From Planctomycetaceae bacterium (GTDB taxonomy: Bacteria; Planctomycetota; Planctomycetia; Planctomycetales; Planctomycetaceae): 64,000 nucleotides of DNA. Location of the stretch: assembly GCA_046339535.1 (NCBI GenBank), contig JBKDUK010000416.1:26834-90833 (forward strand), given 5' to 3'. Of the stretch, positions 1 through 10,510 are shown piece by piece (position 1 is the stretch's first letter; each line of letters begins with the position of its first letter). A model generated the notes under the pieces. The model worked only from the letters and a program-made list of their open reading frames with translations. It did not search any database and was not told the DNA's origin. The translations under genes were made by a program, and so were the position numbers.

Positions 1-1131
1 ATTCAGTGGCTTTCCAGCCCGAATGCTGGCGAACAGATCATCGTGCTCGACCTGGTACGGATTCTTCGGCCGACTTCCCTTCTCGGGCTGGTACTTCCAT
101 TCCGGTGCCCCATTGACCCGAATGATCCCCGCGGCAATGTCCGCCGAACCCTTCGTTCCCTGCGCGTGCTCCGACACACTGCTCCAACATCCCTCAATGT
201 GCCGGCACTGGCTGAACAACCGGCTCCCATCGGCGTATTCGAACTCGACCGCATGGTGGTCGAAAATCTCGCCGAACTTCTTGTCGGTTCGCACCTGCCG
301 TCCCCCCATGCCCGACGCACGGACCGGATAGGCATTCTTCAGCCAGTTGCAGACATCGAGGTTGTGGATGTGCTGTTCGCAAATGTGGTCTCCGCACAGC
401 CAGTTGAAGTAGTACCAGTTCCTCATCTGGTACTCCATTTCGGTCATGCCGGGCTGACGTTCGACAACCCACACTCCGCGATCATTCCAGTACGCACGCA
501 TCGTATGGATGTCGCCAATCGCCCCCTCCTGAAGCCGCTTGATCGTCTGGATGTACGAATCCTGATGGTGCCGCTGCAGCCCGACCCCGACTCCGAGGTT
601 TTTCTGCTTGGCTTCCGCGGCGGCGGCCAGAACCTGCCGGACCCCCGGGGCATCCACAGCCACCGGCTTCTCCATGAAAACGTGCTTGCCCGCCTTGACC
701 GCAGCCTCGAAATGCTGGGGCCGGAATCCCGGGGGAGTGGCCAGAATCACCAGATCAATCCCGGAATCGATGACCTTCTGAAAGGCGTCGAAACCGACGA
801 ATTGTCTCTCGGGAGGAACATCCACCAGATCCTTCGCACGATCTCCCAGTTCCTGCTGAATGGCCCCCAGACTGCTCTTGATTCGATCGGGAAACGCATC
901 CCCTACCGCCACCAGTTTGACCTTCCCCTTGGTGCTCAGTGCCTGAGCCGCGGCCCCCGTCCCCCGGCCTCCGCACCCGACGAGACCGACCCGAATCAGA
1001 TCGTCCCCGCCAGCGTACGCGCCCGGCAAAGGAGCCAGGACAGCCAAACCAGCGGCCCCGAGCGCCGCGACAGTCGAATCTTTCAGAAAATCCCGGCGCG
1101 TCGCCGAATCCTGGGCTGCCGTATGACTCAT
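1..1131 (-). CDS. Gfo/Idh/MocA-family NAD(P)-dependent oxidoreductase with twin-arginine signal (partial; C-terminus beyond window start)
   Basis: Minus-strand frame is open from the window edge to the ATG at 1129-1131, so it is absent from the ORF track. My manual translation reads MSHTAAQDSATRRDFLKDSTVAALGAAGLAVLAPLPGAYAGGDDLIRVGLVGCGGRGTGAA... This gives an RRDFLK Tat motif, a GxGxxG Rossmann motif and a Gfo/Idh/MocA-like C-terminal half. The + ORF 43..1155 is its antisense shadow. Confidence 0.8.
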   Translation of the reverse strand, partial: MSHTAAQDSATRRDFLKDSTVAALGAAGLAVLAPLPGAYAGGDDLIRVGLVGCGGRGTGAAAQALSTKGKVKLVAVGDAFPDRIKSSLGAIQQELGDRAKDLVDVPPERQFVGFDAFQKVIDSGIDLVILATPPGFRPQHFEAAVKAGKHVFMEKPVAVDAPGVRQVLAAAAEAKQKNLGVGVGLQRHHQDSYIQTIKRLQEGAIGDIHTMRAYWNDRGVWVVERQPGMTEMEYQMRNWYYFNWLCGDHICEQHIHNLDVCNWLKNAYPVRASGMGGRQVRTDKKFGEIFDHHAVEFEYADGSRLFSQCRHIEGCWSSVSEHAQGTKGSADIAAGIIRVNGAPEWKYQPEKGSRPKNPYQVEHDDLFASIRAGKPLN

Positions 1132-1380
1132 CGAACGAACCTCCTCAAGTTCTGAAGCGGGAGAAACAAAAACGCCTGAACGACACACCACTCAAACTCA
1201 TCAACAAATCGCAGTGCGGCTTACTGAGTCCGCCTGGTTGTAAGTCCAGTGGGACTAGGAACCGGATTCCACGGGCCAGAGTCCAGAAAAAATTCCGCCG
1301 ATCCCCTTGACTCAGGGACCTCCCTGGGTTGCTCCGTCGGATGGCCCGACACCGTGCTGCACCGACCTCTTTTTTACCGC

Positions 1381-2517
<1,137 letters not shown>

Positions 2518-2581
2518 TCGCGGCAGTGATCACCAATTCCGATTTTCGCCGGCGGGTCAAATGCCGGAGAATCCCTGAGAG

Positions 2582-3646
2582 GTGACGTGTCACCAGGATC
2601 CGTCTATGTCCCAAGCGCTGCTTTCCATCGCCTTGACCGCCGCACTGGCGGGACTCTCGGCCAACGGCGCACCGTTGCAACGGTACGCGTTTTCGGAAAT
2701 GCTCATGGGCATGCGGTTCCGAATCGTAGTATACGCACCGGATGAACAGTCCGCAAATCGGGGTGTGACCGCAGCGTTTCAGCGAATCCTGGATCTCAAC
2801 GCGGTCTGCAGTGACTACGACGCCGACAGCGAACTGAACCGCTTGTGTGCGACGGCGGGCACAGGCCGTCCGGTCGCCATCAGCCAGGATTTGTTCCGGA
2901 TTCTGACGGCATCACAGCAGTTGGCCAAAGCCAGCGACGGAGCGTTTGACCCGACCGTCGGACCGCTGACCCGCTTGTGGAGACGCAGTCGCAAAAACCG
3001 AAGGCTCCCGGACGCAGCCGTGCTGTCCCAGGCCCGACAGGCTGTCGGTTGGCAGGGTTTGTCCCTCGATCAAGAACGCCAGACGGCTACTCTCAAGCTC
3101 CCGAAAATGCAGTTGGATCTCGGCGGAATTGCGGTGGGATTCGCCATCGACGAGGCGCTCCAGGTGCTGAAAGAGCACGGGATCGAAAGTGCCCTGATTG
3201 ATGGCAGCGGTGACATTGGTGTCAGCGGCCCTCCCCCTGGGGAGCCAGGATGGCGAATCAGTGTCGCCCCTCTGGATGCCGACGGAACGCCGAGTCGCCA
3301 TCTCGTGCTGCACCATGCCGCCGTCACCACGTCGGGCGACGCGTTTCAATTCGTGGAGATCGAGGGAGTGCGGTACTCACACATCGTCGATCCAGCCACC
3401 GGCCTCGGCCTGACAACCCGGTCGAGCGTGACCATCATCGCCCCGACCTGCCTCATGGCAGACAGCCATGCCACGGCGGTCTGCGTGATGGGGTCCGAGC
3501 GGGGGCTGGCCTGGCTCAAAAAAAACGCTCCCCAGGCTGACGCCCTGTTCGTTGCTGCGAAGGGACAGGATCCAGAGGCGGTTGCCGTCACCGAAACTCC
3601 GGGATTTGCCCGGTATGAAATGACTCCCCAGTGCCCATCTCCGTGA
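2582..3646 (+). CDS. apbE: FAD:protein FMN transferase (ApbE family)
   Basis: 354-aa ORF with a signal-like N-terminus (alternative start MSQALL at about 2606). ApbE-type blocks are present: FDPTVGPL, LDLGGIAVGFAID, SGD..F. Confidence 0.85.
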   Translation: MTCHQDPSMSQALLSIALTAALAGLSANGAPLQRYAFSEMLMGMRFRIVVYAPDEQSANRGVTAAFQRILDLNAVCSDYDADSELNRLCATAGTGRPVAISQDLFRILTASQQLAKASDGAFDPTVGPLTRLWRRSRKNRRLPDAAVLSQARQAVGWQGLSLDQERQTATLKLPKMQLDLGGIAVGFAIDEALQVLKEHGIESALIDGSGDIGVSGPPPGEPGWRISVAPLDADGTPSRHLVLHHAAVTTSGDAFQFVEIEGVRYSHIVDPATGLGLTTRSSVTIIAPTCLMADSHATAVCVMGSERGLAWLKKNAPQADALFVAAKGQDPEAVAVTETPGFARYEMTPQCPSP

Positions 3647-3685
3647 CAATTCGGGGTTCAGTTCGCAATGCCCTGCCTCGCGAGT

Positions 3686-4414
3686 TCAGCTGCCCCGTCG
3701 CAGTTGCATCGCGAAGTCATCCGGCCGATATTCGTCCGGGTTGTGATTGATCAACCGCCCTTCACGAAACAGCAGATAGACACTTTGCCCCTGACTGTCG
3801 GGGCCAAATTTATAGACCTTGTCATCGACCCGGAAATCGGCCTGCTTCAGCCATTGGCTATGAGGTTCCAGTTCAGGAGTTTCGCCAACGACGGCAGCCA
3901 CTTCGTGAACTCCCATCCCGGTCGTCACACAATTCTGGAGCAGCCAGTAGAGATCTTCTCGATTGTGATGCTCGATGTAGGCCGCCCGTCGGCGTGCCAT
4001 TTCCTTCTCCGAAACAACGGGCCGACCGGCCAGTGTCTCCAGCAGACTGGTATTCAGACCGGTGGACTCGCAGCCCAATCCAGCCAGACATACCAGCAAA
4101 CCGCCCAGCAACGTGGCTGGACGAAAGACACTGTGCGAACCCGCGTGCAAACGAATCAACAGAATTGTTCCGGGAATCGAACAAGACCAGTGGAACTGGG
4201 GGAAGCAACTGCCGCACGGCCCCCGCTCATCAAACCGCGGGATACCGCCACCATTTTGCTCCGTACGCCGCGGTGCTTCTACGCCAGAGGTTGGATCAGG
4301 GTCAAGATCACCTCGCGCGTCGCATACTCCACTCGCGGTTTCAGCGGGCGATCCGCTCGAAGAATATCCTCTGAAAGCAGTCGCCAATAGCACACGTACA
4401 GATACTCCCGTCAC
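3686..4414 (-). CDS. hypothetical protein; internal lipoprotein-signal-like segment (LLGGLLVCLAGLGC) suggests the true start may be internal/non-ATG
   Basis: 242-aa ORF. The C-terminal 140 aa look protein-like (KVYKFGPDSQGQSVYLLFREGRLINHNPDEYRPDDF), whereas the overlapping + ORF 3668..4390 is low-complexity. No in-frame ATG/GTG/TTG lies directly before the lipobox-like segment, so the N-terminus is uncertain. Confidence 0.4.
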   Translation of the reverse strand: MTGVSVRVLLATAFRGYSSSGSPAETASGVCDARGDLDPDPTSGVEAPRRTEQNGGGIPRFDERGPCGSCFPQFHWSCSIPGTILLIRLHAGSHSVFRPATLLGGLLVCLAGLGCESTGLNTSLLETLAGRPVVSEKEMARRRAAYIEHHNREDLYWLLQNCVTTGMGVHEVAAVVGETPELEPHSQWLKQADFRVDDKVYKFGPDSQGQSVYLLFREGRLINHNPDEYRPDDFAMQLRRGS

Positions 4415-4570
4415 TGGATTCCCGTGACATTACGGTGTGATTGCCAGCAACCCCCCTCCTGTTGACAATGGAGATTGAGACACCAAGGTCTTAACGGCCA
4501 CGCATCCACTTGCGAACCGCAGGCGGGTCTGGGCCGGGTTCCCCCCCACCAATCCGAGTGTACAACCGCC

Positions 4571-5134
4571 ATGCCGATCGAACGTCGCGACTTTCTCTCT
4601 GTGATCGCCTTGGGGTTCCCCAGTGTCCTCACGGCCTCCCCTCTTCTGGCAGACGAGCCTCAGGAACCGAAATCCGACGAGACAAAACCGACCACCTCGA
4701 CTCGCAAAGGCACGATCCCCTCACAGGAGGAACTCGACCGCTGGTTTGCGGAAAAGTTGGCCAACTCAGCTTTTGCGGGCAACTACAGTGTCACCCAGGG
4801 GACAGAAGAGAAGGCGGCGGTGATGGAGAAATACGCCATTTCCAAAGTGTCCAAAGTAAACAATACAACCTGGCTGTTTGGTGCCAAATGGCAGATTCAG
4901 GGAAAGGAATTCCCCATTGCGGTCCCATTCCAGGTTCTCTGGGCGGGAAAAACGCCCGTCATCACCCTGGATGAGGTGACCATCCCTGGACTGGGAACCT
5001 TCTCGGCCCGGGTCCTGATCCATGAGGATTGGTATGCCGGTACCTGGGTGCATGGGAAAGTGGGGGGACATCTGTGGGGTCGGATTGAACGAGGAGCCCC
5101 CACAGCTCCTGCCAACAAACAAAACCCCCAGTGA
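4571..5134 (+). CDS. hypothetical secreted protein (Tat-type signal MPIERRDFLSVIALGF)
   Basis: ORF 4475..5134, trimmed to the internal ATG that precedes the RRDFL twin-arginine motif and a hydrophobic stretch. No recognisable family. Confidence 0.5.
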   Translation: MPIERRDFLSVIALGFPSVLTASPLLADEPQEPKSDETKPTTSTRKGTIPSQEELDRWFAEKLANSAFAGNYSVTQGTEEKAAVMEKYAISKVSKVNNTTWLFGAKWQIQGKEFPIAVPFQVLWAGKTPVITLDEVTIPGLGTFSARVLIHEDWYAGTWVHGKVGGHLWGRIERGAPTAPANKQNPQ

Positions 5135-5220
5135 TGCACACAAAAACACACCTCCACTTCGTGAACGATTCTCCAGCGCTGCACAATCAAACCATCACGT
5201 CGAGAACGTGCAGCCAGCGG

Positions 5221-5248
5221 TTGCAAACCTCGCAGCACCTGTTATGAT
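5221..5248 (+). promoter_or_regulatory. candidate sigma-70-type promoter for rpmB-gatC (TTGCAA-N16-TATGAT)
   Basis: Hexamers seen directly, about 55 nt upstream of the rpmB start. An AAGGAA ribosome-binding site lies 9 nt before the ATG at 5304. Confidence 0.3.
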
Positions 5249-5303
5249 CTTGGGCTCCCCGCTTGGGGCTCAGGATGTGAGGCTTCGAAAAGGAACTCGT
5301 TCG

Positions 5304-5564
5304 ATGGGCATGCGTTGCGACTTGTGTGAGAAACAGCCGATCCGGGGCAATCAGTTGGCCCAACGCGGCAAGGCGAAGTACCTGGGAGGCAACGGCCGGA
5401 AAACCACTGGCATTTCCCGTCGCGCCTTCCGTCCGAATCTGCAGCGGGTGCGTGTGCAGGACGGTGGCGAAGTTGTCACCAAGCGAGTCTGCACACAATG
5501 CCTCAAGAGTGGCCGCGTTGTGAAGGCTGTGATTCGCAAGCCCTTCACTCTCCCCACGAAGTAA
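5304..5564 (+). CDS. rpmB: 50S ribosomal protein L28 (bL28)
   Basis: 86-aa reading frame MGMRCDLCEKQPIRGNQLAQRGKAKYLGGNGRKTTGISRRAFRPNLQRVRVQDGGEVVTKRVCTQCLKSG. It has the bL28 CxxC...CxxC zinc ribbon and the FRPNLQ(K/R)VR block. An AAGGAA RBS lies upstream. The ORF-track frame 5022..5564 carries a 94-codon non-genic N-terminal extension. Confidence 0.85.
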   Translation: MGMRCDLCEKQPIRGNQLAQRGKAKYLGGNGRKTTGISRRAFRPNLQRVRVQDGGEVVTKRVCTQCLKSGRVVKAVIRKPFTLPTK

Positions 5565-5578
5565 ACAGGATTTCGGCT

Positions 5579-5881
5579 GTGTCCACGAGTCTGGATCGCG
5601 GGACCGTGTTGCGTGTGGCCCGTTTGGCTCGCCTGAGACTGGCCGAGTCCGAAATCGATGATTATCTGCAAAAGCTCAGCACCATTCTCGAATACGTCGA
5701 GCAACTCAAAGAAGTTCCGACGGATGAAGTGGAGCCGATGGCCCACGCAGTGGAATTGAACAACGTCTTTCGTGAAGATTCTGTTGTTCCATCACTGCCT
5801 CGGGAATTGGCGCTGGGCAATGCTCCGAAGACCGACGGCAAGTTCTTTCTGGTCCCCCAGATTATTGATTCTGGAAGCTGA
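5579..5881 (+). CDS. gatC: Asp-tRNA(Asn)/Glu-tRNA(Gln) amidotransferase subunit C
   Basis: The GTG at 5579 sits 8 nt after an AGGA and right after the rpmB stop. The 100-aa product VSTSLDRGTVLRVARLARLRLAESEIDDYLQKLSTILEYVEQLKEV...FFLVPQII matches the GatC length and its typical LARL...L.E.E...L..IL.YV..L motifs. The ORF-track start at 5498 overlaps rpmB and is unlikely. Confidence 0.8.
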   Translation: MSTSLDRGTVLRVARLARLRLAESEIDDYLQKLSTILEYVEQLKEVPTDEVEPMAHAVELNNVFREDSVVPSLPRELALGNAPKTDGKFFLVPQIIDSGS

Positions 5882-6566
5882 CGGGGAACTTCGGCGTGGG
5901 GCTGTTCGTTTCTGGCCCCTCTGTCGGACGTCCTTGCCTGAGTGGGCGGGTTTGGGCGAGCCCCTTGTCATTCCTTGTTGTTCCCGGGCATGGCGTTGTC
6001 AGTGTCTGAAGCATTCAATTCTTTCATTTTGCGCTCCTGATACCTGGCGGTAGAGTACAGGGCATTTCAATGTTTCGCTCTATGCCAGAAAGCGATTCCC
6101 CGGCCTGCTGGGTGCGAAGATTCATCCCCGTTTTGTGACCCGAGCGCATTTGAACGATTCAGAGTGCGAGGCATTCTCCCGTTTCATTTGGTAACGACCA
6201 CTGGCGCCAGGGCCGGGATGGCATATGCACAACTTCCACAAAGTCCTGTCAATGCGGCCTGAATTCGTGTGGTACACCGGCACTCGCAGCTTTCGCAGGA
6301 GACCCGTGTATCGACTCGTCCGCAGGTCACAGAACTCCGTGCCCGAGGGCGACAGACTCACATCCGATCAGGCATCCTAAGGTTCATCGGTCAACCCTAG
6401 GGGTTGTGCCGACTTCGAAAAAAAATCCCTCCATGCCGGGATTGGCGACATCAAATCCCGAATTGCAACCAGGCCCAAATCCCTGCCGATACGAACCGTT
6501 GTTGGCTGTTGCGAACCTGCCATCACGATGCGCGACACCATCCCCTGGAAATGACATCCCGACACG

Positions 6567-6869
6567 ATGCACATGCCGATGGAAGATGGATTTGAGGACG
6601 TTCGAGATCTGGAGCAGTTGCGTGCCTGGGTGCACAAGACTCTCTGCGATCGAGAAAACATTTTGCAGGAACAGTTTGGATTGACGGAGACGGTGGTCAG
6701 ACGGAACGGCACGCCCTGTGGCTTGCATTTCTGTCTCCGCGGACCACGTAGCATCCGACTTGAGGCGATCTGGGTTGCGGACCGGAACCTCATTTACTGC
6801 TACGACGCCCGCGGGGCACGTTTCCTGAAGGTTCAACTCCGGTGGCGTCTCGAATTGTGCGCCGCCTGA
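6567..6869 (+). CDS. hypothetical small protein in a lower-GC islet
   Basis: 100-aa ORF with protein-like composition (EDVRDLEQLRAWVHKTLCDRENILQEQFGLTETVVRRNGTPCGLHFCL...). GC content and codon usage are clearly lower than in neighbouring genes. A strong hairpin follows it. No recognisable family. Confidence 0.3.
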   Translation: MHMPMEDGFEDVRDLEQLRAWVHKTLCDRENILQEQFGLTETVVRRNGTPCGLHFCLRGPRSIRLEAIWVADRNLIYCYDARGARFLKVQLRWRLELCAA

Positions 6870-6961
6870 GGTCACCATCATTCCCGTGCCGAGCCCGATC
6901 TTTGGGACTTGGACTTGGCTCCGAACCCAGGGTTCACTTCGTGTGATCCCTTGAGCTGACT

Positions 6962-6996
6962 CAGGCCCGGTGGAAGTTGAACTTCCACCGGGCCTG
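6962..6996. terminator. perfect 17-bp inverted repeat (CAGGCCCGGTGGAAGTT g AACTTCCACCGGGCCTG) between convergent genes
   Basis: Seen directly in the sequence. Located between the stop of ORF 6567..6869 (+) and the stop of the permease-DtxR fusion gene (-, 7035). Confidence 0.5.
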
Positions 6997-7034
6997 TTGT
7001 CATTGATGGCCGTGCTGAAATCACGGCGTGGCCG

Positions 7035-8708
7035 TCAGCCTTCCAATTCGACAATCAACAAATCGGCCAACGGGTGGGGAATGACAAGCTGACGGCTGTT
7101 GGCGAAGCAGACCGTCCAGGTCTCCTGTTGGATGTCCCGGTCTGTGACCTGCAACCTTCCCCCCAGCTCCAGGCTTAATCCCGCAATGCGCGCAGCCCCA
7201 GTCGGATGCGCGCCAGACGACGATTGCTCGGAGTTTGTCTCCAGGCCAACCAGAACTCCACGGTCGCCCACCCGCAACTGCGACAGGGGAAACCGCCCCG
7301 GCTGTCCGGGATCACTGGGGATCCGAGGAATCTGGGAACCATGCGGATCGGTTTCGGGATGACCGAGCACATCCTCCAGCCTGGCGAGCAATGCGTCATC
7401 CAGAAGGTGTTCAAGCTCCTCAGCCGAGGGATGAACGTGATCCAGCGGCAGCCCGACTTGTTGCACCAGATAGGCTTCCCAGAGACGATGCGCCCGATCG
7501 AGTCGGCGCGCCTCTTCCATCCCGCGCGGTGTCAGCCGTACCCCACGTGCACCGTCCCGCGTAATCCACCCTTTCCAACCCAGCTGCACCAACCAAAGTG
7601 TCACAGCCAGGCGAGAGCAGCCCAATTCTCCGGCCAGCTCATCGGGTCGAGAAGTCAAATCGGCTGAGCGGGACTGTGTTTTCAGCAGCAACCGCACCAG
7701 ATTCTCCTGGCGGGTTCGCAGCCGCAATCGACCGCGCCGCAATATTCTCCAAAATGCCCCCGATTCGGGGGCCCACAGAAAGGCAAGTCCAAACTGGGCG
7801 CAGGCCACCACCACCATCGTGGGTGCCGTGGTGACATTCAGCCAATCGGCAAGATGCAAGCCCACCACAGCGGAGACTCCCCCAGCGACAGAGGACCACC
7901 ACAACATCCCGGGAAGTCGTCGTGACATCAGGAATCCGGTCGCCGGAGGTGCGGTCAGCAATCCGACCACGAGGATCGCCCCAACCGAACTGAAGGCCCC
8001 CACGACGGTGGTTGCCAACGCCACCAGGAACGCCCCCTGCACCAGGGGAACCGAGAGCCCCATCGACCGGGCCAACTGAGGATCGAAACCTGTGACCAAC
8101 AGCGGGCGATAACAGGTCAGTAACAATCCCAACAACACCAGACAAACTCCCCCCCTCTGCCAGAGGGCCAGCGGAATTCCAAATCCGAACAGAAGGAACT
8201 TCTCTTCCAGGGGCACAAAATCGAGGTTGCCGTAGAGCGAGTGCTGGACGTCAATATGCAACCGCGGCACAAAGCTCGACAGCAGCACCACCCCCAGGGC
8301 GAACAACGTCGTGAAGACAATTCCTGTGGCGGCGTCGTTTTTGACTCGTGAGCCTCGCGACACCAACTGAATCATCAGAGCAGTCAAGACAGCGGTGAAG
8401 ACCGCCGCCAGTAACAACGTCCCGCTCCCCATGCTCCCGGTCCAGAGAACCGCGAGGACCAGCCCCAGCAGCACGGTATGACTCAGGGCATCCCCCAGCA
8501 GAGCCTGCCCCTGAAGAATCAGGAAACATCCCAGCCAGGAGCAAGAGAGGGAGACAAACAGACTCAGGGCGAGGATGCACAGCGTGTCATAACGTACGGT
8601 TTTGGACCAAAGCCCCTCCCGGGCACCGCCCAAGGCGGCCGCCAGCGAACTGCCGTAAGGGCCGGTCATCAGCGTCATCCCCTGCGCCAGCAACCAGTTT
8701 CCGAACAT
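7035..8708 (-). CDS. ABC-3 family metal (Mn/Zn/Fe) transporter permease fused to a C-terminal DtxR/MntR-family repressor (HTH + metal-binding/dimerisation + FeoA/SH3-like domain)
   Basis: 557 aa. Residues 1 to about 300 form a polytopic ABC-3 permease (LGDALSHTVLLG..., GAILVVGLLTAPPATGF). Residues from about 310 onward are a DtxR-like wHTH (ENLVRLLLKTQSRSADLTSRPDELAGELGCSRLAVT), then the metal-site block HRLWEAYL...HVHPSAEELEH...GHPETDPHGSQIP, then an FeoA-like tail (RVGDRGVLVGLE...GLSLELGGRLQV). Its start codon overlaps the stop of the next permease by 1 nt (8708/8709). Confidence 0.85.
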   Translation of the reverse strand: MFGNWLLAQGMTLMTGPYGSSLAAALGGAREGLWSKTVRYDTLCILALSLFVSLSCSWLGCFLILQGQALLGDALSHTVLLGLVLAVLWTGSMGSGTLLLAAVFTAVLTALMIQLVSRGSRVKNDAATGIVFTTLFALGVVLLSSFVPRLHIDVQHSLYGNLDFVPLEEKFLLFGFGIPLALWQRGGVCLVLLGLLLTCYRPLLVTGFDPQLARSMGLSVPLVQGAFLVALATTVVGAFSSVGAILVVGLLTAPPATGFLMSRRLPGMLWWSSVAGGVSAVVGLHLADWLNVTTAPTMVVVACAQFGLAFLWAPESGAFWRILRRGRLRLRTRQENLVRLLLKTQSRSADLTSRPDELAGELGCSRLAVTLWLVQLGWKGWITRDGARGVRLTPRGMEEARRLDRAHRLWEAYLVQQVGLPLDHVHPSAEELEHLLDDALLARLEDVLGHPETDPHGSQIPRIPSDPGQPGRFPLSQLRVGDRGVLVGLETNSEQSSSGAHPTGAARIAGLSLELGGRLQVTDRDIQQETWTVCFANSRQLVIPHPLADLLIVELEG

Positions 8709-9749
8709 TCAGGCCTCTCCTCCTGGCTGGTCCGTCACCACCGAGCTCCGCCAACGTCGCAGCAGAGCACGGAGGAGTCCGTAGCGCGGGGAGAACACCC
8801 ACGCCGCCAGAAACATCAACGCCAAAACCAGCACCACAGTCGGCCCCGTCGGAAGACTGGATGCCATTCGAAGAGGAGGCCATCCGAGGCCCAGAAGCCG
8901 ACTCCATCCCCCCAGCCAATTCCACCCCTGGACCAGTACCTCAGTGCTCAGGGAGCTTAGATTCAATCCTCCAAGGCCCCCCATGACTGCGACTGCGACC
9001 GCGATCCCCAACATCCGCGGCAGTCGATCGGTCAACAACAGGGCGGTCGCGGCAGGAGTGATCAGCAAGGCGGACAAGAGCACAACTCCCACGGCCTGAA
9101 TGGCAATCACAATTGCCATGGCGGTCAGCAACACCAGCAGGTAGTGGAGCCGCCGCACAGGCAACCCCAGCGCGCAGGCGAAACCCTCATCGAAACAAAA
9201 CACAGACCATTCCTTGAACAGCGACAGCACACACAGCACGATCATGGCCGTGACGCAGCCAATCAGCAGCAGGTCGACATCCCGCAGGGCGGCCGCCTGT
9301 CCGAAGAAGAACTGATTCAGACCTCCCTGTCCTCCTCGTGGATCGGACTGGATCCGTGACATCAACATCAATCCCGCACCGAAGAATCCCGAGAGCACCA
9401 ATCCCATCGCCACATCGGGTTTCAACCGGGTGCCGCGCTGGATCAGCGCAATCAACCCTCCGGCCACAAGAGCCGCCACAAGAGCTCCGGCGAACAGCCA
9501 GACGGGATGCTTGGTCCAGGTCACCATAAATCCCAGGCACAGGCCCGGCAGAACGGCATGCCCCAGGCTATCTCCCAACAACGACATCCGCCGGAGCACA
9601 ATCAGGCTGCCCAGCAATCCACAACTGATTCCCAGCAGCACCATTCCAACGGCCGCGGTTCGCACACTTCCATCCTGAAAACTCCAAAAGCGGAGCATCT
9701 CGGTCCCCAAAGAGGCCACGGATGGACAGTTCGCGGTGGGAGTGATCAT
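8709..9749 (-). CDS. ABC-3 family metal transporter permease (MntB/ZnuB/TroD-like)
   Basis: 346-aa polytopic membrane protein with ABC-3 blocks (LLGDSLGHAVLPG, LLITPAATALLLTDRL). Its stop overlaps the ATPase gene by 4 nt. Confidence 0.85.
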   Translation of the reverse strand: MITPTANCPSVASLGTEMLRFWSFQDGSVRTAAVGMVLLGISCGLLGSLIVLRRMSLLGDSLGHAVLPGLCLGFMVTWTKHPVWLFAGALVAALVAGGLIALIQRGTRLKPDVAMGLVLSGFFGAGLMLMSRIQSDPRGGQGGLNQFFFGQAAALRDVDLLLIGCVTAMIVLCVLSLFKEWSVFCFDEGFACALGLPVRRLHYLLVLLTAMAIVIAIQAVGVVLLSALLITPAATALLLTDRLPRMLGIAVAVAVMGGLGGLNLSSLSTEVLVQGWNWLGGWSRLLGLGWPPLRMASSLPTGPTVVLVLALMFLAAWVFSPRYGLLRALLRRWRSSVVTDQPGGEA

Positions 9750-10510
9750 CGCCGAATGACCGCCACCCGGTCGGCAGCTTCCGAGAGAATGGTCAGCCGC
9801 CCACCATAAGTCTGCTGCAGAAGCTCAGGGGTGAAGACCGAAGACGTTGGACCGCTCGCCACAAGCCTCATGTTCAACAGCAGAATCCGGTCGAAATACA
9901 CCGGAGCTGTCTGCAGATCGTGATGAACGACCACCACCGTACAGCCACGTTCCTTGAGTTGCCTCAACAGCCCCATGATGGCCGACTCGGTCGCAGCGTC
10001 GACCCCGACAAAGGGCTCATCCATGAAGTACACCCGGCTCTGTTGCGCCAGTGCCCGGGCAAGAAACACCCGCTGCCGCTCACCTCCCGAGAGATTGGAG
10101 ATCTGACGATTACGAAACGGCAACATGCCAACGTCTGCCAGGCATTGATCGGCAAGTTGACGTTCCGCCACCCCCGCGGACCGAAACCATCCCAGTCGGC
10201 CGTAAGTGCCCATCAGAACCACGTCCCGGACGGTGACGGGAAAGTCCCAGTCCACGCTTTCCCGCTGCGGAACATAGCCCACCGCCAAGCGTTGCCGGGC
10301 CAGCGGCTCACCAAAGAAACGCACCCAGCCACGATCGACCGGCAGCAATCCCAGGGCCGCCTTGATCAACGTGCTTTTGCCAGCACCGTTCGGACCAATC
10401 ACCCCCACCAGTTCGCCGGCAGGCAGCGAAACATCCACATTCCAGAGCACCGGCCGCTTGTCGTAGCTGACCGTCATGTCGTGGATTTCCACAGCCGGGC
10501 TGACGTTCAT
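9746..10510 (-). CDS. metal ABC transporter ATP-binding protein (MntA/ZnuC/TroB-like)
   Basis: 254 aa. Walker A GPNGAGKST, ABC signature LSGGERQR, Walker B VYFMDEPFVGVD, H-loop VVVVHHD. Confidence 0.9.
   Translation of the reverse strand: MNVSPAVEIHDMTVSYDKRPVLWNVDVSLPAGELVGVIGPNGAGKSTLIKAALGLLPVDRGWVRFFGEPLARQRLAVGYVPQRESVDWDFPVTVRDVVLMGTYGRLGWFRSAGVAERQLADQCLADVGMLPFRNRQISNLSGGERQRVFLARALAQQSRVYFMDEPFVGVDAATESAIMGLLRQLKERGCTVVVVHHDLQTAPVYFDRILLLNMRLVASGPTSSVFTPELLQQTYGGRLTILSEAADRVAVIRR

Noticed and set aside
43-1155. 370-aa + strand ORF at the window start
   Set aside because: Low-complexity, Arg/Pro-rich translation. The opposite strand in the same span encodes a clean Gfo/Idh/MocA oxidoreductase with a Tat signal, so this is its antisense shadow.
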